Positions 55,201 through 64,000 of a DNA stretch of 64,000 nucleotides are shown here, one piece after another. The notes below the pieces were generated by a model, which was not told the DNA's origin, ran no database searches, and was given only the letters and a program-made list of their open reading frames with translations. Source of the DNA: Antedon mediterranea (Eukaryota; Animalia; Echinodermata); NCBI RefSeq assembly GCF_964355755.1, contig NC_092677.1, positions 9,384,101-9,448,100 of the forward strand, in the 5' to 3' direction. Numbering within the stretch: position 1 is the stretch's first letter; every line of letters starts with the position of its first letter. The position numbers were made by a program, and so were the translations under genes.

Positions 55201-58200
55201 AGATAAAATTCTGAGAGAGAATGTATTGATGAATGATTATGGTTAAAAGGATATTTTGTCCCGTTTGAATGCCTATTTCATCAATTAATCCACCCTTTAA
55301 TACCTTGATATGTGCTCATGCTTGACTAACTTAGTGCTCTGAAGCGCAACTAACATGTGCATTCATTTGGAACTAACCAGTGCACTCATCTGGAACTAAC
55401 CAGTGCACGCATAACATCTACTTATGTTTATTACCAAGTTCGGTCCTTATATGCAATTTACACATGAATTAAAGAATCTTTATTGCTCTACACTAGTATA
55501 TACCATGTATCCAACAATTGTGATAAAGGCCGTACAGTTGGGATGCGTATGCCATCTATCGGGCAATTGTGATAAAGGCAAGGTACCGTACAGTTGGGAT
55601 GAGTATGGCATCTATCGGGCAATTGTGATAAAGACAAGGTACCGTACAGTTGGGATGCGTATGGTATCTATCGGGCAATTGTGATAAAGGCAAGGTACCG
55701 TACAGTTAGGATGCGTATGGCATCTATCAGGCAATTGTGATAAAGGCAAGGTACCGTACAGTTGGGAATGCGTATGTCATCCATCCAACAATTGCAACCG
55801 TGGCAATTTATCGTTGTGATGTGTATGTCATCCATCCGATGATTTTGACCGAGATGATGTACCACTGGGATGCGGTACTGATTGATACGATTAAATTAGT
55901 TATCCTAAAAGCAATTACTGAGAGGTAATCATGGCTTAGTTTGATTACTGTGGAGTCAACTAAAAGCTTATTTGATTGCTGACTGAATAATTGGTGATAA
56001 TAATAGAAATGATTAAATAAATAATAATAGACTTTGTGTATGATGTCTTCTTGCAAACAACAAATTCATTCCTCTATACAAGTATCCTCTGTGTCCTACT
56101 GATGATTTGAATTTGTTATTTATTTTTACTGGGTAATCTTTCCCAGAGTGCCCAGTTATGATCAGTGGCTGTGTGTGTACTAGTAGTCCGGGGTACAGAG
56201 TAACCCCTTACTCGTCTTGGATTTGCCAATTTTAAAATGTAATTAATTTTTAAATTCAATTATATAAATCAAAAACATTAACAAATACTAAGGACTGTAT
56301 AGTAGCAGGCCTAGTCCAATTAATCTGAGGCTAGATTGATTACACATACTAAATTACACAAACCAGTAGTGGTGTTAGTAGTCTGAGTGCTAGCTTACCT
56401 GTATAAACCGACAATATTGTCGGTTTATACAGGTAAGCTTCGGCACGAAATAGACTAAAAAAATCGATGTAAATGGAGAATTCCCTGCAACTTCAAGTCT
56501 ACTGGGCTGAATTGCACACACTACAACTTTCTACTCCACTGAAGGTCCTTTTGTGTCGAGTGCTGCCACCAAACAGCAACAGGGGCTGGATGGACCAGTA
56601 CACCGGGGTAACCCCCTACTCTTCCGAAGAATTAATTGGGTTCTTTAAAGTGCACTCAAGCCAAATGTGTACATTAGACCTCCAGTTTTAATTTCTTATC
56701 CTAGAAGAATAAATATGGTCAAGAAATGCCTTTACATGTGTGCCAATTGTGCTATGGTTTGCGGCATCCCTGCCTTAACCGCACAGCCACTCGACTCGAC
56801 AAGATGCATTTTATTATTAAATTTTGAGGTGGGTCAGAATTAATAATACTATAGTACTGTAATATATTGTTAAAACATACCCACTTGGGTATGATAATTA
56901 TCTGATTATTGGGTTATAAAAATAAGTTTCACTAGTAATACAACAACTGTAAAGTAATAGAGTGAAAATGCATTATTAACACATAAAACCTTTTAAATTT
57001 GCAACTAAATCCTTGTGTATTTGTAGAGCAGACAAGCAGTCTATTTGTAGTGAGGTGATTTTAAGGTGTTTAAAATCACATAATAACGGTGAAATAAGCA
57101 AAACAAAGGATTGATTTATAGATTGGATTATGTAGGGTTATGGGAGGTTGGGGTGAGATTTTAGATTTATATCCGTACATGGTATTTCTTTGGTAATCCT
57201 ACAGTAGAAAAACTTATTCTTTTCACTTTACCTAGCAAACTGTGGAGTTTGTACGAGGGTTGAACACCTGACTGCTCCCTCTTAAAAGTCTGGAAATGTT
57301 TAGGGTCAGAAGGTCATCCGCAGCCAAACATTTTATTTATTTAATTGTATGTATCCATATCTTATTGTAATTCATCCATAGTGACTTCATACAGCAGTAT
57401 TTAACTTTTCTTGATTGCGAAACATTGCTGTAACATTGCAAGATTATGTGAATATTTGGTTGAATTGTGAGGAGACATTCTGGTGTTTCATCTTAGTATA
57501 ATCATGGTGTTTAATGTAAAAGGGATACCTGTGTATACAACTAGTGGGAATAGGGAGTTGGCTATATTCAACTCAGTGTAGTAGTGCATGAATTTGTTTA
57601 ACCCTATTACCAGGAAATAGTCTAGTGTTTTGATAATCATATGATGTTGCTGTTATTCTTCCAGTGCATATTATTGAGATTCATTACATTGTGTCTAATG
57701 ACTACGTACTGTAGTATAAAAGAATTACATAATCTATCTCGCTACTATTCAGTACACATACATCACATCACGCATTTAATTTCATTGATTTAATTTCACA
57801 AGCTTTATATTCTGTAATAATGGTACAGTCTATAAATCCCAATTCATGTAAAAATGATTTTATTTCTTTTAAATCTGGCATGGAAACAAATATCTTCAAA
57901 CCAGATGAACATTTTCAATCAAGTATTGGGTACTCCTTTTCTAATTCTTTCTATTAAAAAAAACTGTGAAAACACATAGTTACTGATACTAGCTTTTGAA
58001 AGCTATAGAGGTATAAATAACTCAAGAGATTAATGTTAAAATTCATGAAGAACTTTAGTAATATCATAGAATACTATAGCACCATACATGCCAACACTCC
58101 CATTTTGGTTGGGAGACTCATGTATTTTAGACTCATTGTGCTCCCAGTTTTCCACATTTTTTCCAGGAAATACAAAGATAACTGAATTATGATATATTGG

Positions 58201-61200
58201 GTTGTTCTCTGTATTCAAATATAACAAAAAGGCTTACACACAAGCATGATATTGATATCTGCAGCCTTAATTTTTGAACGGAAAGGGGATTCCCTCACAT
58301 AGCCATTACATGATACAGCTTGTAACATCCATCACAAACTGCTCTAGTTTATTTACAGTACCTCCTTTTTTTTAAGTTCATAGGTTGTCATGTATGTGTA
58401 GTACACTGTGTACAAACTGTGTCTGTAATGGCGCCCTCACACCATCGTACTTTGTTTCCACTATTATGCTATTTTCCTCTTTTCTGTAGTGTCTCTTTTC
58501 TGTCATATGCAGGATGAAACCTTAAAGTCATATTCTTACCTACTCAGGTACAGTATTAGGATAGGTTCTTGGTGTTTGATGATATGTTTACTTTTTCGTA
58601 CGTACCAGCTTGTGACGGTTTGTGTTGACTTGAATGATTCCTTTCTTTCACCGGGTGATATTTGCTTTTTTAACTAATAGAAAATACCAACTACTATAAA
58701 TATACTGTAATGCCATTGATGTTAGTTTATACAATGTCCATCAACATCAAACTCTGCTTTAAATATCTCATAGTTGATGAAATATTGCATATTGCATTCA
58801 TATTCTCACTAATAATATATTATCTCCAGCTATGGGCTGATAGCGACTTGTAGTTGTACTGTACACATTTTAAGCTCTTTTTCCAATGTCCATGGACCAA
58901 TTGCATTTTTCTTATGCTAAAAAAAATTGAAATTTGTAAAACATTTTTGTAATATCCAAAGTGAAAATTATTGAAAGTTGTCTAGCCTGGTAACTGTATT
59001 ACCGCCCTCTATTGTTCATTCAATAAGAATATAATCAGTTTTTACAGAGCTATAAGAATATAGCGCCACCGCATGTTGACAGTGTACTGTAGTTTTAACT
59101 GCACCGTAAATCTTCTAATTGTATCCCTGGGTTATTATTCTTTGATTGTTTTTTTAGGGTGGGTTACTATTAGAAATGGGGTTACTATTAGAGTAGTGGG
59201 TTAAACTATTACTAATCTTAAATTAGGCACCTGAAAATACATGTAGTATTAGTAACCCACCCCCAACTTTTCCGGTCAGCAACTCATAGCCAAATAATAA
59301 AACAGTAGAAATAAACAAATTTGGTTTAACTATACTTTATTTTATCCTCCACCACACCCGAGATCAACATGCATTATCTCCTTATTTTCAAAATACGGCT
59401 GCATCATAAGTTTTGTGACTATATGGGGGTTACTATTAGAGTAGTTTGTTAGTATTATAGATTGACTTATAAGGTGGGTTACTAATTAGAGTGTGGGTTA
59501 CTATTAGAAGATTTATGGTACCTTAAAAACAATCCAAGCAATATTTGAGGGCAGCATATCAATTATATGTCAAGATTCCAAGAGTTTGTAGCATAGTTGA
59601 GGCCTCCCTGGTTAATACCATTATATTAATTCTAACTTCAATAATTACAGTACTAATTTAATTTGTCTACTTTTCAACATTTTAAAGGCTATTAATTATT
59701 AAACTTTTGCTATTGTAAGTGGTATACATATACTAAAACCAGAGTTCATGCCAACCATTCACTCACAATGCAGACTCTCAGGAAACTTGTCCCCTCCGCA
59801 GTTTTAAATAATTAAATATGATGAAGTATGTTTGTTGTAATCAATATATCCTCTTTGAAGCCCAGGTCAGATCAACAATTGTGCATTTAAATTTTCTTTT
59901 TGTATGTTTTCAGGACCAAGCATTACCAAAACAAATAGAGGATGTTATAAAACACGGACAATTACAATATAAAACCAAAGGAAATGTTCCCGGTCCACAA
60001 GTTAAGGCCAAGCAACTACATAAACAAACGAGCATAAACAACAGATACCGAATGGTGGCCAAACACCGGGGAATTCCCATCGAACTCCAAAAAGAGAGCA
60101 TAACAGTGTCAAATACTACCGAACTTGAGGCTGCTGACAAAGCAAAGAAAAAGCCTTCTTCTTTGAGAAAGAAAATAGTGAGACGACTATCGATAAAGTC
60201 TGCCGCGAAGGATGCCCCAACGAGGACGGAAAAGTCTGGAGCGTGTTCATTGGTTGAGGAAGAAGTGCAGAGGCTGTTTAATATCTATGAAGTGGTACAA
60301 GAAAACCTAGATGATATCTTATCAAATAAACCGGTATGTAGTTTCATGTTTGGAAGAATAAGTGGTTGTTTTTCTGTAGTAGATTTTAAAAGAAAATGAT
60401 GTTGACATTTCAAAAGCTATCGGAAATTCTGTTGGAGTTTTTTTTTGTTGGAAACAATAAATTAAAATTTCATAAGCATTTATCTTTTATAATGCTTTAT
60501 AGTGCATCGGATTACCTTCCTCCTTTCAACATGCATTGTTAAAACAATTAATATATCACCCTTCTGACAGGGGGTGGTTGATGAAAGATATCGCTGTATG
60601 TTTTTATTGTGGTGAATAATAGAAGCATGGTATTTAAACATTGGTGAAAACATAATGTAGAAAGGAAGGGCTTATGGCTATCCGCTGTTTATGAGTTTAT
60701 GTATCACCTTGTGTTTCCTGTATATTCAACTATACTTTACTCTTATAAATATACAGTTAGGAAGTTTCAGAAGACCTGGAACCTAATAAATCAGGTGTTT
60801 GTTATTAATACTCCTGAATTACTTGAATGAAATGTTTAGGATGGCTATTAGGAACTTGTGATCGGGAAAATACTTTTTCCCCTTTTTCATTCGGTGACTG
60901 ATGTCAAGTATAAATAAAATTTGTTCACTGAGTCCAGCTTATAATATAGAGCCAATCCACCACTTTTTTACCACTCTTCTTTATTTGTCAGACACTTTTA
61001 TAGGCTACATCCCTGACATGCCTATTTATAGGCTACATCCCTGACATGCCTATTTATAGGCTACATCCCTGAAATGCCTATTTATAGGCTACATCCCCGA
61101 CATGCCTATTTATAGGCTACATCCCTGACATGCCTATTTATAGGCTACATCCCTGACATGCCTATTTATAGGCTACATCTCTGACATGCCTATTTATAGG

Positions 61201-62830
61201 CTACATCCCTGACATGCCTATTTATAGGCTACATCCCTGACATGCCTATTTATAGGCTACATCCCTGACATGCCTATTTATAGGCTACATCTCTGACATG
61301 CCTATTTATAGGCTACATCCCTGACATGCCTATTTTCTCCTACTTAACTAAAATTCCACAATCCTATTTATTTTGCCATTGTTTTGTAAATAAAATGTGT
61401 TTAGTTTACTGAGCCCAGCCCACAGTGCAATAAGCCAATCCACCAAACATTTATTTATTTTTTTTACCTACTTTTTTTTTTAAATTAAGAACAAATGATC
61501 TTAGTACGCCTTTTTTCCTTTAAAGCAAAATTAAATGGCAGACTTTATACCAGAGGACCAAAATGTATTAGATGAAGGCAGGGGTTCAAATCTTGGTTAT
61601 ATCGTTATTTAAGTCTTTAAGATTTCTTTTCTTCACTTCATTTGCATGGATAATTATGCTAGAAAAGTAATAGAAAGTTACTGTAATATCTAAAGCTCTG
61701 ACTACACTACCAAAATTTGTGTGAAAAGAAAATGTGATGTACCCATATTGATGTCATATTACTATATTTGGGCAAATCACACTTTTTTTGGTCAAACTAG
61801 TTTGATAGAGCTTTTAAAGTGAACTTATCTTAGAGTAAATTTATACCTCATCAGAGTAAGTTGTACCTGTGCCAATACAGTGGTAGAGTTACTTATATCT
61901 TTTATTGACCCTTTTAGGCCAAGCTCGCCTCCATAGATGACGAAGATGACGATGACGCTGTAATGTGCAACAACGTTAAAATGCTACGAGAAAAGTTAAC
62001 GATTAGTGACGGAGACACCCACCAAAACAAACCTATTGAATACGTGTACGATTTATACTATGCAGAGAGTTCGGACTTTGATTTTAATACGGAACACATT
62101 GTGTTAGGTTTAGATCCGTTAAGTGGGCAAGTGTTGATGAATGAGCAAGATGATGAGGATGTAGGATATGGCAACGATGAAGATGAAGATAGCAATGATG
62201 AGAATAATTGGAAAAACGATTATCCTGATGAAGATCCGGATTATTTCAATCAAAGTAAGGAAGCTTGGATGGAATGAAATGTGAAAAGACACTGATAATA
62301 ATTATAATAATATTTTTAAATAAATTTATATAATGTATATAATAATTTGTATTATTCAGCAAACAACAGTAGCTGATATGTCTTATATTTTGTGTACTGT
62401 TTAATAAAAATACCATTATATAAAATAGAATGCAATGATTACAGCATGGACTTAATTACAATAAGGGTATTATGTGGTATTGTCTTTTTCAAGATAGTGG
62501 TGTTCAGGGCATGATAAAAAGTAAAATTCTGACAAAGCATAATTGGGAGATCTGGAAGTACACATTTTTTATCCATTCTGTTGAATGTGACTAAAAATGA
62601 ATAAATAAGAAATTAAAGTTTGTATCATTAAAAATTTGTTTTAATTATTTTAAGGGCATACAGATATGTTTGACGAGTATCTTGATGACTACCGATACGG
62701 TGAACTTTCTAGTGACGATGAGTTTAACGAATACTCTGACAACAACCGAAGACACATCTCCAGAAGGATGAACTATAGTGATGAGGTGCAGAATGGAGCA
62801 GACAGTGATGAGCTCGAGATGTATGGCTAG
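37235..62830 (+). CDS. SLC7A6OS: Probable RNA polymerase II nuclear localisation protein (Iwr1 family), 4 exons, 22.5-kb first intron
   Basis: Exons 37235-37423, 59914-60333, 61918-62254, 62664 (or 62655)-62830; phases are compatible. N-terminal LVRVKRK...DPVEALILSCKRAK and VFRFAGTV; central MCNNVKMLRE and YVYDLYY; Iwr1 signature DEDSNDENNWKNDYPDED. Confidence 0.88.
37539..38032. mobile_element. PIF/Harbinger-like MITE containing a second nested Harbinger-like MITE (37578-37845)
   Basis: Outer TTA|AGCCTGTTTTCCAGTCGACGTTGAG...CTCAACGTCGACTGGAAAACGGGTT|TTA; inner TAA|AGCCTGGTTTCCAT...ATGGAAACCAGGCT|TAA; 3-bp TWA TSDs. Confidence 0.78.
40767..41365. mobile_element. Kolobok-like non-autonomous element, family C
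   Basis: TTAA|AGCCCCCTTCCCTAC...GCAGGGAAGGGGTCT|TTAA. Confidence 0.75.
42533..44531. mobile_element. 2.0-kb non-autonomous DNA transposon with 17-bp perfect TIRs and a 7-bp TSD (hAT-like ends)
   Basis: CTTATAC|TAGGTATCCCAATGAAA...TTTCATTGGGATACCTA|CTTATAC; interrupts a degenerate AT-rich tandem repeat (about 42220-42530 and 44540-44660). Confidence 0.82.
45315..45520. mobile_element. High-copy Harbinger-like MITE family (representative copy)
   Basis: TIR AGCTCTGTCTACACTATCAAAC with internal 21-bp repeats CATATCACTACCATATTTGGG. Other copies at about 1757-1853, 2869-3016, 4333-4470, 6189-6302, 14038-14148, 19954-20083, 24388-24496, 47114-47254, 51766-51922, 61694-61812; often TAA/TTA flanks. 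Confidence 0.8.
47770..48990 (-). mobile_element. Helentron/Helitron2-associated non-autonomous element (DINE-1/HINE architecture)
   Basis: On the minus strand: T-run, GGTTATCCGC-acttg-GCGGATAACC inverted repeat, T/C-rich tract, body, GCGGATAACC subterminal repeat, hairpin AACTCGTC-n6-GACGAGTT, ending CTAGTT. Confidence 0.78.
49100..51383 (-). mobile_element. Decayed, internally deleted DIRS1-like tyrosine-recombinase retrotransposon
   Basis: Inverted termini 49129-49171 and 51339-51383 (GCTTACCTAGATTAACCGACAATATAGCC). Frameshifted minus-strand fragments: gag-like (50654-50935), DIRS methyltransferase-like tail DALSIPWDGLWAYAF (50285-50581), YR N-terminal part STLTVYD...YFNWC...VGAFLHYL, YR catalytic part FLAK...DRFWC...HQVRGVATSWA (49248-49709). 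No reverse transcriptase motif seen; GC content is clearly above the flanks. Confidence 0.85.
53448..53872. repeat. Minisatellite, 35-bp unit, about 12 copies, inside a MITE-like repeat
   Basis: CCAACCCCTATTCAGGGGACACCCTATTAAGGTGA repeated. Confidence 0.92.
55515..55795. repeat. Minisatellite, 56-bp unit, about 5 copies
   Basis: GGGCAATTGTGATAAAGGCAAGGTACCGTACAGTTGGGATGCGTATGGCATCTATC at 55561, 55617, 55673, 55729. Confidence 0.9.
56351..56456 (-). mobile_element. Termini-only (collapsed) relative of the DIRS-like element
   Basis: AAATTACACAAACCAGTAGTGGTGTTAGTAGTCTGAGTGCTAGCTTACCTGTATAAACCGACAAT|ATTGTCGGTTTATACAGGTAAGCTTCGGCACGAAATAGACT matches the left end (49100-49167) fused to the right end (51343-51383). 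Confidence 0.8.
56575..56800 (-). mobile_element. Deu/Nin-domain-like SINE (further fragments at about 5075-5200, 9690-9800 and 17855-18870)
   Basis: Minus strand: tRNA-like head GAGTGGCTGTGCGGTTAAGGC, then GGATAAG..ATTAAAACTGGAGGTC...GCACTTTAAAGAACCC...TTCGGAAGAGTAGGGGGTTACCCCGGTGTACTGGTCCA, resembling the DeuSINE central domain as I recall it; multiple diverged copies in the window. Confidence 0.6.
59104..59518. mobile_element. Tc1/mariner-like MITE
   Basis: CCGTAAATCTTCTAATTGTATCCC...GGGTTACTATTAGAAGATTTATGG|TA with internal GGGTTACTATTAGA repeats. Confidence 0.6.
60997..61335. repeat. Minisatellite, 28-bp unit, about 12 copies
   Basis: TTTATAGGCTACATCCCTGACATGCCTA repeated almost perfectly. 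Confidence 0.93.
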
Positions 62831-64000
62831 GCCAGAAAGAGAAGCAAGAAACCTATTGTGTGCTTATGTACTACTAGGTAGGATCAGGAATATAGTGCCA
62901 AAGTTAGGGTGAAAAGATCTTACTAGCACTAGCCTAGCAAATACAGTATAACCTAGGTTAGGAAGTTTAAAAGGTAGGTGAATTTAAACCTTTAAAAGGT
63001 TTTTGAAGGAAATTTAGGCTGGCTCACTCTGCTTGACCCAGCACAACTATGTCCATGAGTATTTAGGGCATAAAGAGATCTAACAATTGACCTGGATTCA
63101 TGAAATTTAGCCTGTGGGCTGGAAGTAAAATTTCCTCTCACATTTTTATTAATGTCGTCGGATAACAATTTTTCCCACTACACAATAAGTGTTCTGAATA
63201 ATAAAGTGAGTACTAACTGTACATGTGAAGGTTGAATAGAATAGAAGCAATAAGCTTGCCTGGAAATTCTATAGTACAACCTATAAAACATTTGCTTCTG
63301 ATAAATCTTTGAATCTGATTCGTAATATTTAACCAATTTTTGGGAAATAAAATAGGCATTACTGGTTAAAAATAGCTATTTCTGATGTGCAAAGCCAGTT
63401 AAATGAACTAGGCACCCTCTCTCCACCCTCAAAACATCTATCAGCCTTGTTACATACATTTCTTTACAGATGATGTAAAAAGAATAATTTTAAAAACATC
63501 GCGAACATTTTTAAAACAATAACATTACAGGACATCTGACAGGTTTTATTGTACTACCGTACCCATGCCATTATTTTTTATACTTTACTACAAAAAGCTT
63601 TCCAAAATATGTTAATAATCCGGTTAAAATTAGTACTTGAAACTAGTTTATAAAAACCATAAAAAAAATTAATTTCAGGGGAAATTTAATGCAATTGATC
63701 ATGACCTAATGACTTGTGGCAGGTTTCAATCCTATTCTTCATCAGTTACTATACCAAGTCTATAATTACTATACCAGAGTGAAATGTACTTCAATTGTTT
63801 ATCTTATTCTTGTGATGTTTTTTTAAAAGTGAGCACCTGGTCATTTTACAATTTTGAATTCCAGGATATTTTTTTTGGCTAGTTGTATACTGCATCTTTT
63901 CTTTTTATTTGAATCAAATGCACTTAATTCTTAGAAATTGGAATTTGTTTTGTACAAATTTTTGTACAGAAAAAAAAAGTTGCTTTGTTTTTTTATTATT

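Overview
AT-rich, intron-containing animal DNA; the Deu/Nin-type SINEs and gene linkage suggest an invertebrate deuterostome, possibly an echinoderm (inference). I reconstructed six spliced genes by hand from GT-AG junctions: the 3' part of PHKB (+), a cathepsin A-like serine carboxypeptidase (-), CIAO2B/FAM96B (-) head-to-head with TTC5 (+), and OXA1L (-) head-to-head with SLC7A6OS/Iwr1 (+, 22.5-kb first intron). The main observation is an 8.2-kb non-coding foldback element (28628-36828) with 48-bp TIRs, a 7-bp TSD (TTTCTCG) and two oppositely oriented arrays of a palindromic 101-bp unit. It sits inside the inferred first coding exon of OXA1L. Removing it restores an open exon 1 ([12 protein letters not shown]...ITK|gt). 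Its own TIR supplies an outward-facing in-frame ATG downstream of two CCAAT boxes, and an in-frame splice-out is also possible, so the insertion may rescue the gene it interrupts. Also present: two P-element-type excision footprints, a decayed DIRS tyrosine-recombinase retroelement with a collapsed termini-only copy, Kolobok/Harbinger/hAT/Helentron-type non-autonomous elements, SINEs and minisatellites. All gene and TE family calls come from motif recognition, not database searches.
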